Assembly: GCA_965242925.1 (NCBI GenBank)
Contig: CBDEUM010000030.1
Coordinates: 96,001 to 160,000, forward strand
DNA length: 64,000 nucleotides
DNA from: Roseibacillus sp.
GTDB taxonomy: Bacteria; Verrucomicrobiota; Verrucomicrobiia; Verrucomicrobiales; Akkermansiaceae
Direction of reading: 5' to 3'
In this document: piece by piece, positions 20,514 to 31,356 of the stretch
Position numbering within the stretch: position 1 is the first letter of the stretch
How the letters are laid out: the number at the start of each line of letters is the position of its first letter
The notes under the pieces: model-generated
What the model saw: only the letters and a program-made list of their open reading frames with translations
Database searches by the model: none
Told to the model about the DNA's origin: nothing
Translations under genes and position numbers: made by a program

Positions 20514-22232
20514 TTACTCGTCAGGAAAGGCCTCATCGGCGGAGGCATCGGCCTTCTCCAGCGATAATCCCGCATCCACTTTCTCCGCAAAGTGCTGGAA
20601 CTTGGCGAGCTCCCGCCTGATGAGCGGAATCATGAGATAAACCCCAATCAGGTTCGGAATACTCATCGCGAAAAGCGAAGCATCGGAAAAGTCGACTGCA
20701 TTCCCTACATTCGCAGAGGCACCCGCAATGATGATGAGGCAGAAGAGCGCCTTGTAGGTGAACTCGAGAGCGTAGTGCCTTCCGAAGAGATACTGCCAAG
20801 CCTGCAGCCCATAGTAACTCCAGGTCACTAGGGTGGAGAACGCGAAAAGAAGAACGCAGACGAAGAGGAGATACTTGAATCCCGAGTTCACGGTCTCGAA
20901 AGCCGCTGACGTCAGACCAATACCGAAAGCCGAGTTGTTGTTGGCGTCACGGCCCAGCTCAAAGGCCTGGCCATTGACCGTGAAATTAGCGGTGTCACCA
21001 TCGAATTGCATGGTCGTGACAATGACCAGGGAGGTCATCGTGCACACCACCACCGTATCAACGAACGGTTCAAGAAGAGCCACTACCCCTTCCGAGGCCG
21101 GCTTCCGGGTCCGGGCTGCCGAGTGGGCGATCGGAGCAGACCCTATCCCCGCCTCGTTTGAGAATGTGGCCCGCCGCATCCCCCAGATGAAGGCCGCCAG
21201 AATGCCTCCGGTCACCGCCGCTCGCGGTTGAAAGGCTTCGCTCACAATCATACCGATTGCGCCAGGAATGGCACCAGCGTTGATGATCAGCACGAGCGCT
21301 GCACTGAGGATATAGATCACACACATGGAGGGAACCAGCTTGGAGGTTACCTTCGCAATGGACTTGATCCCCCCGATAATCACGAGAGCCGTGACCACGG
21401 CCATGATCAGGCCGAAGACCCACTGGTTGGAGGCAAAGAAACTGTCCTCTCCGGTGACATTGATGAGCTGGGAAGTGACCTGGTTGATCTGGAAGATGTT
21501 CCCCCCCCCAAAAGATGCGAAAATACAGAATATACAAAAGAAGACTGCCAGGATCGACCCAATCGGACCGAGTCCGCGTTCGGCCATGCCCTGCTTCAGG
21601 TAGTACATCGGACCCCCGTGAACGATACCATTCTCATCTATGTTCCGGTATTTCACTCCCAGCGTACACTCCGCGAACTTGGTTGCCATCCCGAGGAAGC
21701 CGCTCAAGAAGAGCCAGAAGGCGACTCCCGGACCGGCGATGGAGATTCCAATGGCAACCCCGGCGATATTTCCCAATCCCACCGTTCCGGAGACCGCAGT
21801 GGTGAGGGCTTGGAAGTGAGAAATGTTTCCCGGATCATCGGGACCACTGTATTTCCCCCGCACAGTCCGGAGAGCGAGGGGGAAACAGCGCACGTTGATG
21901 CCCTTGAACACCACCGTGAAGATAAGGCCTGCCGCCGCCAGCCAGAGAATCACCCACAACACATCGTAGCCTCTGATCGGGATACTTGAAAAAATCGACT
22001 TAACGAACCATCCGGTGGCTTTTCCAAATCCCTCGTTGATCTTCTCATCGATGCTTTTCTCCTGCTCCTCTTCTCCGCCTGCTTCACTCTCCTCGGCTGG
22101 CGCTTCTGTGGCGGCCGGCTCCACAGACGGGGTGTCCTCCTGAGCGGAGGCCATCGCTCCCGCTGCAAAGAGAAAAATCCCAAGAAGTAACAGCCAGCGA
22201 AAGAAGAAGGAAAAAGACCCGGACCTCATCAT
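20514..22232 (-). CDS. Alanine/glycine:cation symporter (AgcS family)
   Basis: FQALTTAVSGTVGLGNIAGVA, GGPMYY, RATFSNEAGIGSAPIAH and LEPFVDTVVVCTMT. Confidence 0.95.
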   Translation of the reverse strand: MMRSGSFSFFFRWLLLLGIFLFAAGAMASAQEDTPSVEPAATEAPAEESEAGGEEEQEKSIDEKINEGFGKATGWFVKSIFSSIPIRGYDVLWVILWLAAAGLIFTVVFKGINVRCFPLALRTVRGKYSGPDDPGNISHFQALTTAVSGTVGLGNIAGVAIGISIAGPGVAFWLFLSGFLGMATKFAECTLGVKYRNIDENGIVHGGPMYYLKQGMAERGLGPIGSILAVFFCIFCIFASFGGGNIFQINQVTSQLINVTGEDSFFASNQWVFGLIMAVVTALVIIGGIKSIAKVTSKLVPSMCVIYILSAALVLIINAGAIPGAIGMIVSEAFQPRAAVTGGILAAFIWGMRRATFSNEAGIGSAPIAHSAARTRKPASEGVVALLEPFVDTVVVCTMTSLVIVTTMQFDGDTANFTVNGQAFELGRDANNNSAFGIGLTSAAFETVNSGFKYLLFVCVLLFAFSTLVTWSYYGLQAWQYLFGRHYALEFTYKALFCLIIIAGASANVGNAVDFSDASLFAMSIPNLIGVYLMIPLIRRELAKFQHFAEKVDAGLSLEKADASADEAFPDE

Positions 22233-22359
22233 TCAAAACTGCCAACTCCCTCAGTCCGGAACAAGGCCGAAGGAGAGTTTTGAACTCCCTGTGTCACAAT
22301 TCTAAAAAGTTTTCCGCATCGACGCTCCCTTCCTTCACCGCAAGGATGCCCCCCTCTTC

Positions 22360-24687
22360 ATGGATGGTGAGAACACTCCCCAACCCTCACACCGCTCCCC
22401 CTTCACATGGATTCCTGCGGTGGTGGTGGCAGCCCTGCTGGCGGCCACCGGCTTTTTCGTCTCCCTGCGCTATCAACCGCCGCCGGTGATCCCGGCCGAG
22501 GCACCGGGGAGCATCTTCTCCGCGGAACGGGCCTTCGAACGCCTCCAGCCTCTTCTGGCTCACGGGCAACCCCATCCCCTGGGTTCCCCTGCCAACGAGA
22601 GATTCCGCGCTCAACTCCTCCGGGAACTGGAGGACCTCGGTCTCGATCCCGAGGAGAACGACCACTGGGTCTCGGCGGGAAGGGGATCCACCACCACCCT
22701 CGTGCTCGCTCGCAACCTCATGGCGGAGTTGCCCTCTTCCAATCCCGACCTCCCCGCCCTTCTCCTCTCCTGCCACTACGATTCCATCCCTGCCGGTCCC
22801 GGAGCCAGCGATGACGGGGCGGCGGTGGCAACCCTCCTTGAGGTTGCCAGCATCCTGATGAGGGAGGCTCCTCTTCCTCGTCCGGTGATCCTCCTCTTTA
22901 CCGACGGGGAAGAACTGGGACTGGACGGCGCCCTGGGCTTCTCACGCTTCAACGAAGCCGCGGAGCGCATCGGCATGATCATGAATTTCGAGGCTCGGGG
23001 ATCCACCGGAGGTAGCCTTATGTTCGAAACCTCCAACGGAAATTCCTGGATGATCGACCAGATGGCGCACGGTCTACCCCGGCCCATGAGCAGCTCTGCC
23101 TACGTCAGTGTCTACCGCAGGATGCCCAACTCCTCCGACCTCACCGTCTTCATGCGACGGGGTCTGGATGGCCTCAACTTCGCCTTTATTGGACGCCCCG
23201 GGCATTATCATACCCCTCTCGACAACCTTGAGAATCTCGATCAACGAAGCCTGCAGCATCACGGCGACAACGCCCTGGGAATGGCGCGCCAGCTCTTGTC
23301 CTCCGATTGGCAGGACGCCACCTCGGAGGAGGATGCGGTCTACACTGACATCGCCGCTCATTTCATCCTGGCCTGGCCGAGCAGCTGGGGCCTCTGGTTG
23401 GCAGGAGCCGTTCTGCTCGCCCTCCTGCTTCCTTTTCTCCACCTGTGCCGGAGCCGCCGATGGGGCCTGCTGGAACTCTCACGTGGGGTCTCCTGCTGGA
23501 TCCTGTGCATCCTGGTTGGCGTGGTCACGGGCTGGTTTGCGGCCTGGACTCTGCAGCGCGTCGACCCTCCCTCCACTCCCTGGCCTGCTCACATGTATCT
23601 GGACCTGCTCGTGCCTTGTATCTGCACGGCCATGGGTCTCCTCCTGATCGTCCGCTTTGTCCGTCCCCGGCCCACCCTTTTCTTTTTCCTTCACGGCGTG
23701 GCACTTGCACTCGGAGCTCTCCTCCTCAGCCTTGCCGCAGATGGATTCTCCTATCTCCTCCTCATCCCGGCCTTCATGACCGCCCTCGCCTCGCTCCTTC
23801 TTCTCAATGCCCACCGCGGAAACTCCTTCCTTCTCACCACCGCCTGCCTGCTGCCAGGATTGACTACGACCGTGCTGATCGTTCCCTTCCTCAAGTATCT
23901 TCCCGATGCGCTTGGTACCGTGATATCCCCACCAGTCATGTCAGCGCTGGTGGTATTGCTTCTTCTTCCCCTTGTCCCACTCCTGACCCTGCTGTCGCAA
24001 AAGCTCCTGCTCCACTGTGCCCTCCTGCTGGGACTTGGCGCCCTGGGGTCTGGATTCCTTGCCCTCCAGACCCCGGCTTTTACTGCGGATTTACCACAAC
24101 AACTCAACCTCAGCTATTATGAGGAAATGGACCAGGACACTGGGCACATCTCTTTCATGCCCCGGGAAGGCTCCCTGCCTCCGCTCCTGACCAGCGGCCT
24201 GAAGCGTCTTCCTGAACCGGGAAGCCTTTCATATCCCCTGCGAGGCTCGGTTTTCGAGACGAGAAAGGCTGATCTTCCCCTGCCAAAATTCGAATTGCTG
24301 GACTGGAGCAACGAGAGCAACGCTCACAGTGCCAGGATCCGGTTCACCCCAACCCTGCCTTCACAGGAAATCGTGATCGGACTGGACCAGGCCCAGGAAC
24401 TCTCGGCAATCTCCGCGCTCGGAACTGACCTGCCCCTTCCACAGGCGGACCATTCCAATCGACAATGGCTCCGCTTTCGCGGCGTCCCCACCGATGGTCT
24501 CGAAATCGTCCTCACCTGGAAGAGATCATCCACCCTCCGTTTCTCCCTCGCCGGAAGCACGCCGGGACTTCCGCCTCACCTCGCTGAACTCCGAACCATC
24601 CGCGACCAACTGCCAGCCTGCGCCGCTCACTCTGGTGACCGCTCGATTGTCCTCCGGGACGTGCTTCTGGAGTCCCCCGTCTTCTAG
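22360..24687 (+). CDS. Membrane-bound M28 family metallopeptidase
   Basis: CHYDS...GASDDG, FTDGEELGLDGA, NFEARG and YHTPLD, followed by a multi-TM region and a C-terminal soluble domain. Confidence 0.9.
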   Translation: MDGENTPQPSHRSPFTWIPAVVVAALLAATGFFVSLRYQPPPVIPAEAPGSIFSAERAFERLQPLLAHGQPHPLGSPANERFRAQLLRELEDLGLDPEENDHWVSAGRGSTTTLVLARNLMAELPSSNPDLPALLLSCHYDSIPAGPGASDDGAAVATLLEVASILMREAPLPRPVILLFTDGEELGLDGALGFSRFNEAAERIGMIMNFEARGSTGGSLMFETSNGNSWMIDQMAHGLPRPMSSSAYVSVYRRMPNSSDLTVFMRRGLDGLNFAFIGRPGHYHTPLDNLENLDQRSLQHHGDNALGMARQLLSSDWQDATSEEDAVYTDIAAHFILAWPSSWGLWLAGAVLLALLLPFLHLCRSRRWGLLELSRGVSCWILCILVGVVTGWFAAWTLQRVDPPSTPWPAHMYLDLLVPCICTAMGLLLIVRFVRPRPTLFFFLHGVALALGALLLSLAADGFSYLLLIPAFMTALASLLLLNAHRGNSFLLTTACLLPGLTTTVLIVPFLKYLPDALGTVISPPVMSALVVLLLLPLVPLLTLLSQKLLLHCALLLGLGALGSGFLALQTPAFTADLPQQLNLSYYEEMDQDTGHISFMPREGSLPPLLTSGLKRLPEPGSLSYPLRGSVFETRKADLPLPKFELLDWSNESNAHSARIRFTPTLPSQEIVIGLDQAQELSAISALGTDLPLPQADHSNRQWLRFRGVPTDGLEIVLTWKRSSTLRFSLAGSTPGLPPHLAELRTIRDQLPACAAHSGDRSIVLRDVLLESPVF

Positions 24688-24738
24688 GGGGCGCTCCTGA
24701 GCGATTCCCCCGGACACGGGAGAGGACGCAGCGACCCG

Positions 24739-27330
24739 TCAGGCAGCTCTTTCTACCGCCCGACGGTAGACCATCCTCCCGCCCTCCACTTCGGCCTCGA
24801 TCACATCGCCCTCGACAAAGGCACCTTCAAGCACTTCCAGACTAAGAGGATCGAGGAGATGCTTCTGGATGGCCCGCTTGAGAGGTCGCGCTCCGTAGAT
24901 CGGATCGTAGCCCTGGTTGGCCAGGAATTCCGCGGCCCCGGCACTCACTGCCAACCCAAGGCCCTGCCTGGCCAGGCGCTGCCTCACCCGCTCCAGTTGA
25001 AGTCCCACGATGCTCTCAAGTTCCCTGCGATTGAGCTGATCAAAGATGACCGTTTCGTCCACGCGATTGAGAAACTCCGGACGGAAATGCGCTCGCAGGG
25101 CCTCGGTCACCCCGGCTTCGCGCTTTTTCGCGTTCTCTTCCTCGGTAATGAACTGGCTTCCGATGTTTGAAGTCATGATCAGGACCGTGTTCCGGAAGTC
25201 CACAGTCCGACCCTGCCCGTCGGTAACACGCCCGTCGTCGAGGACCTGGAGCAGGAGATTGAAAACATCGGGATGAGCCTTCTCTACCTCGTCAAAAAGC
25301 ACCACCGAGTAGGGCTTGCGCCGCACGTGTTCGCTCAACTGCCCTCCCTCTTCATAACCAACATATCCCGGAGGGGCACCAATCAGGCGGGCCACGCTGT
25401 GCCTCTCCATGTACTCCGACATGTCGATCCGCACCATCGCCTCTTCGTCGTCAAAGAGGAACTCGGCCAGGGCCTTGGAAAGCTCTGTTTTGCCGACCCC
25501 GGTCGGTCCAAGGAAGAGGAAGGAGCCAATAGGCCGGTTTTCATCCTGTAAACCAGCCCGTGCACGCCGCACCGCGTTCGAAACGGCATCGACGGCGGTC
25601 CGCTGTCCGATCACGCGTTCGCCCAGACGCTCTTCCATCTTCACGAGCTTGCAACGCTCGGCTTCCTGGAGTCGATTCACCGGGATCCCCGTCCAGGAGG
25701 CCACCACTCTGGCGATATCCTCCTCCGTGACCTCTTCCTTCAGGAGTTGCCCTCCACCCTGTCGGTCTCCAAGGCGTTTCTGGGCCTCTTGAAGATTCTT
25801 CTCAGCCTCCGGCAAAGCACCGTAGGTCAGTTCGGAGGCTCGGGCCAGATCGCCAATACGCTGGGCCTGCCCAGCCTCCGTCTTCACCTGGTCGATGTGC
25901 TCCTGGAATCTGCGGACTTCGTCGATCATATCCTTCTCATGGCGCCACTGCGCCAGCAAACCCGCCGATTTCTCCTTCAGGTTAGCCATCTCCTCCACCA
26001 CCTTCTTCAGACGCTCCGCACTCCCGCGATCAGACTCCTTTTCCAAGGCCTGACGCTCCATCTCCAGTTGCATGAGCTGCCTCTCAATCTGATCGATCTC
26101 AGTAGGCATGGAATCCAGTTCGATTTTGAGGCGGGAAGCCGCCTCGTCCATCAGATCCACCGCCTTGTCGGGAAGGAAGCGGGCCGAGATGTAGCGATCT
26201 CCCATGGTGGCCGCTGCCACCAGGGCGCTATCCTGGATCCCTACCCCGTGGTGCACTTCATATCGCTCCTTGAGTCCCCGGAGGATCGCGATGGAGTCCT
26301 CCACCGAGGGTTCCTCCACCTTCACCGGCTGAAAGCGGCGCTCAAGCGCAGCATCCTTTTCCACATACTTGCGATATTCATCGAGCGTGGTGGCTCCGAT
26401 GGTGCGCAATTCCCCGCGGGCCAGCTGTGGCTTGAGCAGATTGGAGGCGTCGATCGCACCCTCACTCGCGCCTGCGCCGACGATGGTGTGGAGTTCATCA
26501 ATGAAGAGCACAATCTTTCCCTCCGCCTCGGTAACCTCCCTGAGAAAGGCCTTGAGCCGGTCCTCGAACTCCCCACGGTACTTCGCACCTGCAATCATTC
26601 CTCCCAGATCCATCGCGATGATACGCTTGTCCTTCATGGCTTCCGGCACGTCACCACTTACAATCCGGCGCGCCAACCCCTCCACGATGGCGGTCTTGCC
26701 CGTCCCTGGTTCCCCGATGAGAACAGGGTTGTTCTTGGTGCGTCGCGAGAGAACCTGGAGGATACGCCGGATTTCCTCGTCGCGTCCGATGACCGGATCG
26801 ATCTTGCCGGCCCGGGCGAGCGCACACAGGTCCGTTCCATATTTTTCCAGGGTCTGATATTTCCCTTCCGGCGACTCATCCGTGACCTTCTGGCTCCCAC
26901 GTATTTCCTTAAGAGAGCGATCAAGAGCCCCTCGGGTCACACCTGCATCCTCCAGGACTTTGCCTGCAGTGCTATCGCCTTTCATGGCCCCCAGCAGAAA
27001 GTGCTCCACGCTGAGAAAATCGTCCCCCAACTTCACGCGCGCTTCGTCGGCAGCATCTAAGGTCGACCGCAGGCCGCAACTGATCTGTGGCTGTGCACTC
27101 GCACCCTGCATGCGCGGTTCCTTGTCGAGGGTGGTGATGATGCTGGCCTTGAGGACAGGGAGGTCCACGCCTGCTTTCTCCAGAAGGGGAACCACGATTC
27201 CGCCTTCCTGCTGCAGCAGTTCCAGCAACACATGCGCACTCTTGAGCTCGGGATGAGCTGACTTGAATGCCAATCGCTGAGCTGCCTGGAGCGCTTCCTG
27301 AAGTTTGATGGTCAATTTATCGAGGCCCAT
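24739..27330 (-). CDS. clpB: ATP-dependent chaperone ClpB
   Basis: 863 aa; two AAA+ modules ([16 protein letters not shown]) and a long coiled-coil middle domain. Confidence 0.97.
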   Translation of the reverse strand: MGLDKLTIKLQEALQAAQRLAFKSAHPELKSAHVLLELLQQEGGIVVPLLEKAGVDLPVLKASIITTLDKEPRMQGASAQPQISCGLRSTLDAADEARVKLGDDFLSVEHFLLGAMKGDSTAGKVLEDAGVTRGALDRSLKEIRGSQKVTDESPEGKYQTLEKYGTDLCALARAGKIDPVIGRDEEIRRILQVLSRRTKNNPVLIGEPGTGKTAIVEGLARRIVSGDVPEAMKDKRIIAMDLGGMIAGAKYRGEFEDRLKAFLREVTEAEGKIVLFIDELHTIVGAGASEGAIDASNLLKPQLARGELRTIGATTLDEYRKYVEKDAALERRFQPVKVEEPSVEDSIAILRGLKERYEVHHGVGIQDSALVAAATMGDRYISARFLPDKAVDLMDEAASRLKIELDSMPTEIDQIERQLMQLEMERQALEKESDRGSAERLKKVVEEMANLKEKSAGLLAQWRHEKDMIDEVRRFQEHIDQVKTEAGQAQRIGDLARASELTYGALPEAEKNLQEAQKRLGDRQGGGQLLKEEVTEEDIARVVASWTGIPVNRLQEAERCKLVKMEERLGERVIGQRTAVDAVSNAVRRARAGLQDENRPIGSFLFLGPTGVGKTELSKALAEFLFDDEEAMVRIDMSEYMERHSVARLIGAPPGYVGYEEGGQLSEHVRRKPYSVVLFDEVEKAHPDVFNLLLQVLDDGRVTDGQGRTVDFRNTVLIMTSNIGSQFITEEENAKKREAGVTEALRAHFRPEFLNRVDETVIFDQLNRRELESIVGLQLERVRQRLARQGLGLAVSAGAAEFLANQGYDPIYGARPLKRAIQKHLLDPLSLEVLEGAFVEGDVIEAEVEGGRMVYRRAVERAA

Positions 27331-27341
27331 GCTGGATTCCT

Positions 27342-27357
27342 TGCAATTCGCGGACCA
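27342..27357 (-). promoter_or_regulatory. Candidate sigma54 (-24/-12) promoter for clpB
   Basis: The minus strand reads TGGTCCGCGAATTGCA, fitting the GG-N10-GC spacing of TGGCAC-N5-TTGCW, and ends 11 nt before the clpB ATG. Confidence 0.4.
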
Positions 27358-27497
27358 GCGCCTCAGTCACCTAAATACAGGGAGATTCTCCCCGTGAAGG
27401 GACATCCTGACCCCAGTCCTGCGTCAGCATGGCGTGTCGATTTGTCCCGAATCCCCCGTCTTGCCTCTTCGATCGTTCCCGGAGATGCTCGGCGTCC

Positions 27498-28316
27498 ATG
27501 ACCACCCGAGAGCGCCTCCTCTTCATTGCACCCGGCGTCCTCTTCCTGGTTGCCTTCGGCTCATTTGAACTGGGCCGCCTGGCGAGCCGCAAGGATGCCG
27601 AACGCAAGATGGCGGCCAAACATGGCGGTTCTTCCCCGTTCCTCTCGACCCTGGACGACGACGCCCTGATCAGGAGTCTGCAGGTACAGAATCTGGACGA
27701 ACGCCGGTTTTCATTCGCCCGCGTGATCGAAGGCGCCACCGGCAAGGCGGTGACTCCCTTTGACGCCCTGGAGCCAGCCGCCACAGTCATTCTGGAAGCG
27801 ATTCGGAACGCCGCCGACCATGCCCTGCAAGTCCACAGCGGGGAGAGTTCCCCTCTGCGGAATCTACGCCGCATCAACGAGGGTTCACGCTTCTTCGAGG
27901 ACACCCTGCGGGAACGGATCGATGACCACCCCGCCCTGTTCTGCACCATCCCGCTCACCTCCGAAGGCAGGGAACAGCGTGCGGGCTATCCGGATCTGCG
28001 CATTGAACATGTCGATTCCGGGACCGTGGCTTATCTCGATCCCAAGCTCTACGAGGAGGAGAGCCGCAGATCCACCTTGCGAAGTTTCTACTACAAGCTT
28101 GGGGCAAAACCTTCCAAGGTCACCGAAGACGCCCACCACCTTCTTCTCGGCTTTGCCCACGACGGTGTGGATGGATCCTGGAACTTTACCAGTTGGGAAC
28201 TCCTCGATCTCACCACGCTGAAAATAGAACTGAAAGCGGAATTCCAGGCTTCCAACCGGGATCTCTATGGTGACGAATCCCATTTGGCGTCCTCTCGCCC
28301 GACAACCGGCGAATGA
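27498..28316 (+). CDS. Hypothetical membrane-anchored protein with a PD-(D/E)xK nuclease-like motif
   Basis: N-terminal hydrophobic segment; GYPDLRIEH...AYLDPK; start taken at ATG 27498. Confidence 0.7.
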   Translation: MTTRERLLFIAPGVLFLVAFGSFELGRLASRKDAERKMAAKHGGSSPFLSTLDDDALIRSLQVQNLDERRFSFARVIEGATGKAVTPFDALEPAATVILEAIRNAADHALQVHSGESSPLRNLRRINEGSRFFEDTLRERIDDHPALFCTIPLTSEGREQRAGYPDLRIEHVDSGTVAYLDPKLYEEESRRSTLRSFYYKLGAKPSKVTEDAHHLLLGFAHDGVDGSWNFTSWELLDLTTLKIELKAEFQASNRDLYGDESHLASSRPTTGE

Positions 28317-28340
28317 CCGGCAGAACCATCACCGACCACC

Positions 28341-30590
28341 ATGAAATCCTTTCCTGTCATCATCCTCTCGCTCTTTTCCTCCTCCCTCATTGCCACCGAA
28401 CTCGGTCAAGTCACCGGGGTGGAAGCTCAACCCCTCATCGCGCAGACGAAACGCCTGACTCAAGCCCTCGAATTTGTAGGCGCGCCCCTTACTGCCGCCC
28501 GGCGACAGGCCCTTGAAGAGGCCCTGTCGGGTGAGACTGACGCCGTCGTGGGTGCCGGCATACAGGTCGCTCTGGACCCCCTCTGTCTGGCAGAAGTGAC
28601 CATCAATCCCGAATCGCGTGTGAAAGTCGTTCCCGGTCCCGCCAAGCCTGTTCTGGTGGAAGGTGGCTGGACTGTTTTCCTCATCAAGGTACACAACGAA
28701 GCAGGGGTGACCGCCCCCCTGGGAGTGCAGAGCCCTAACGCGCGAAGCATGCACAACTCGCCCAAGGAGGACCTGCCCGACCGCTGGTTGGATCTCGCCA
28801 CCATGGACAAGCAACCGCTCGCCAGAACACTGGGTGGACTTGAACTGGAGTACCGTATCCTCTCGCTCTACAGTCGGGACCGGGGAAAGAGGGAGGGCAA
28901 GCTCCAGTTCGACGTCGGCCAGGGCACCCAAGACCTGGGCTTCCGTAACGAGAGCGACTTCCTCTTCACCTGCCAGCCCGCTCACGAGATCAAACTCGAA
29001 GTTCTCGACGAAAATGGGGAGCCCACCACGGCCGCCTTTGAAATCCGTGACCAACGGGGCCGCGTTTACCCTTCGCAGTCCAAGCGGGCTGCTCCCGACT
29101 TCGCCTTTCATCCTCAGATCTACCGTGCCCACGGGGAGTCCATCCGCCTCCCCACCGGCACCTACACCATCCGGAACTACCGCGGTCCCGAGTCGCTCCC
29201 GCAGGAGCGTCAAGTGGAAGTCAATCAGAACACAGGGAAACTCTCCTACAAGGTCAGACGCTGGATCGATCCCTCTCTCATGGGCTGGTGGTCGGGCGAT
29301 CATCATATCCACGCCGCAGGTTGCGCCCACTACACCAATCCCACCGAGGGCGTCCATGCGCCTGACATGATGCGGCACTGCCTGGGAGAGGATCTCAAGG
29401 TCGGGTGCAACCTGACCTGGGGACCATGCTTCGACTACCAGAAGCAATTCTTTACGGGCAAGAACGACAAGGTCTCCCGTTATCCCTATCTCCTCCGTTA
29501 CGACATCGAGGTCTCCGGCTTCGGATCACACCAGAGCGGTCACCTCTGCCTTCTCCGCCTGAAGAACCAGATGTACCCGGGGGGAGATTCCAAGCACCAC
29601 TGGCCCAAGCTCTGCCTGAACACCCTGCGATGGGCCAAGAAACAGGGAGCCCTTGTCGGCCCCGCTCACTCCGGCTGGGGCCTGAGCGTTCCCGGCAAGG
29701 AACTCCCAAACTACAATCCCCCCCCTTTCGATGGAATCGGCGCCAACGAATACATCGTCGATGTCACCCATACCGTGGAAGGACCGGATGGCAGGCAGGT
29801 AGCCGCGGTCGATTTTCTCTCCATGGTCGATACTCCCTACGTCTGGGAACTCAACATCTGGTATCACACCCTCAATTGCGGCTTCCGTACCCGGATCAGC
29901 GGGGAAACGGATTTCCCCTGTATCTATGGAGAACGGGTGGGACTGGGCCGCTCCTACGTCAAACTTGAGGGCAAGCTCACCTTCGACCAATGGTGTGAAG
30001 GCATTCGCCAGGGCCGCAACTACGTGGGGGACGGTCGCTCACACCTGATTGGATTCCAGGTCAACGACACTGAAATGGGCGTGGGTGACAGCAGCGTCCG
30101 GTTGGACGAACCGGGCAAGGTGACCGCCCGGGTCAGGGCCGCAGCATTTCTGCCGGAGAAACCATCTCCCGGAATACGGGACCTCCCCTACGACAACAAA
30201 CCCTACTGGCACATAGAACGCTCCCGACTGGGCGACACCCGTGACGTAACCGTTGAAATTCTTGTCAATGGTAAAGCCGCCGCCCAGCGCAGGCTGCATG
30301 CCGACGGCAGCCTGAAGGACCTGGCCTTCGAGGTTCCCATCGAACGCAGTTCGTGGGTGGCCGCCCGCATCCTTCCTTCCTCCCACACCAACCCGGTCTG
30401 GGTTACGGTCGCGGACAGACCCGTACGAGCTTCCCGACGCAGTGCGGAATGGTGCCTGCGTGGAGTAAATGACTGCTGGAGTCAGAAGGAGAGATTCATC
30501 GATAAGGATGAACTGGATGATGCCCGGAAGGCCTATGATCACGCCCGTAACTCCTATAAGCGCATCATCGACGAGTCGGAGATCCCTTGA
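28341..30590 (+). CDS. Secreted CehA/McbA family metallohydrolase (PHP-like domain)
   Basis: Signal peptide; WWSGDHHIHAAGC, GPAHSGWG, WYHTLNCGFRTRISGETDFPC and SHTNPVWV. Confidence 0.85.
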   Translation: MKSFPVIILSLFSSSLIATELGQVTGVEAQPLIAQTKRLTQALEFVGAPLTAARRQALEEALSGETDAVVGAGIQVALDPLCLAEVTINPESRVKVVPGPAKPVLVEGGWTVFLIKVHNEAGVTAPLGVQSPNARSMHNSPKEDLPDRWLDLATMDKQPLARTLGGLELEYRILSLYSRDRGKREGKLQFDVGQGTQDLGFRNESDFLFTCQPAHEIKLEVLDENGEPTTAAFEIRDQRGRVYPSQSKRAAPDFAFHPQIYRAHGESIRLPTGTYTIRNYRGPESLPQERQVEVNQNTGKLSYKVRRWIDPSLMGWWSGDHHIHAAGCAHYTNPTEGVHAPDMMRHCLGEDLKVGCNLTWGPCFDYQKQFFTGKNDKVSRYPYLLRYDIEVSGFGSHQSGHLCLLRLKNQMYPGGDSKHHWPKLCLNTLRWAKKQGALVGPAHSGWGLSVPGKELPNYNPPPFDGIGANEYIVDVTHTVEGPDGRQVAAVDFLSMVDTPYVWELNIWYHTLNCGFRTRISGETDFPCIYGERVGLGRSYVKLEGKLTFDQWCEGIRQGRNYVGDGRSHLIGFQVNDTEMGVGDSSVRLDEPGKVTARVRAAAFLPEKPSPGIRDLPYDNKPYWHIERSRLGDTRDVTVEILVNGKAAAQRRLHADGSLKDLAFEVPIERSSWVAARILPSSHTNPVWVTVADRPVRASRRSAEWCLRGVNDCWSQKERFIDKDELDDARKAYDHARNSYKRIIDESEIP

Positions 30591-30727
30591 GTGGCAACTG
30601 CCGACTCTGATCGTCTGCTTCAATCCGGAGGCGGATAACCAGGCCTCTCCCGGGATCCTGAAGCTCACATCCGCAAGATCCACACGGTTGACAGGAAGCC
30701 ATTTGGGGCATGAATTGCTCTCACAGA

Positions 30728-31264
30728 ATGACCTGGAACGAACAATTCATGAATCTGTTCGACCGCTGCGTCGAACGTTACCGGTCCGGGGACGCGGACT
30801 TCGCCCACTACTACGACGGGGACGATCTCCGTTTTCTGAAGGAGATTGGCTGCAAACCACGCGAACTCTTCGACTTCGTGGAGGATTACGTGGACGAGCA
30901 GGCGCCCGCCCCAAGCACCGCCCTTCTCGTCGCTGGAGTTCGCCGCGATTACCTGAATGTGATCCAGGACGGCATTTCCAGCAAAATTGAAATCACACGC
31001 GACGACCTTCCTACCTTCGGCGACACCCTTGGTAACATCGCCTACCTGCCACGGATCCTGGCCAAGGCCCGGGCCAAACTCCGGGGGGAACTCGATCCCG
31101 ACCTCATGTACTGTTGTGGAGGCGATCGCAAGTTTCTCCGCGAGCACTCCATCCACCCTGCCGATTTCCTCCGCAATGTCTGGGCCGCCGGCGACAATGA
31201 CGACGAGGTCATCAATCTTGTCCGGAACAACGCGAACGGCTCACAGGAAAGCGATTCCGATTAA
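30728..31264 (+). CDS. DUF5069-like domain protein
   Basis: LGNIAYLPRILAKARAKLRGELDPDLMYCCGGDRKFL resembles DUF5069 (recognised from memory of the family, not searched). Confidence 0.7.
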   Translation: MTWNEQFMNLFDRCVERYRSGDADFAHYYDGDDLRFLKEIGCKPRELFDFVEDYVDEQAPAPSTALLVAGVRRDYLNVIQDGISSKIEITRDDLPTFGDTLGNIAYLPRILAKARAKLRGELDPDLMYCCGGDRKFLREHSIHPADFLRNVWAAGDNDDEVINLVRNNANGSQESDSD

Positions 31265-31356
31265 GCCAATGATCCTGTGGCAGTTCTTAACAGCTGTTCC
31301 CACGTGGTCGCCAAATTAACGTTTCAGATCGCAGCCGTTCCGTCCCAGCCTGTGCC

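Noticed and set aside
27498..28316. Classical type II restriction-modification system
   Set aside because: There is no adjacent DNA methyltransferase and the protein has a membrane anchor; it is kept only as an orphan nuclease-like candidate.
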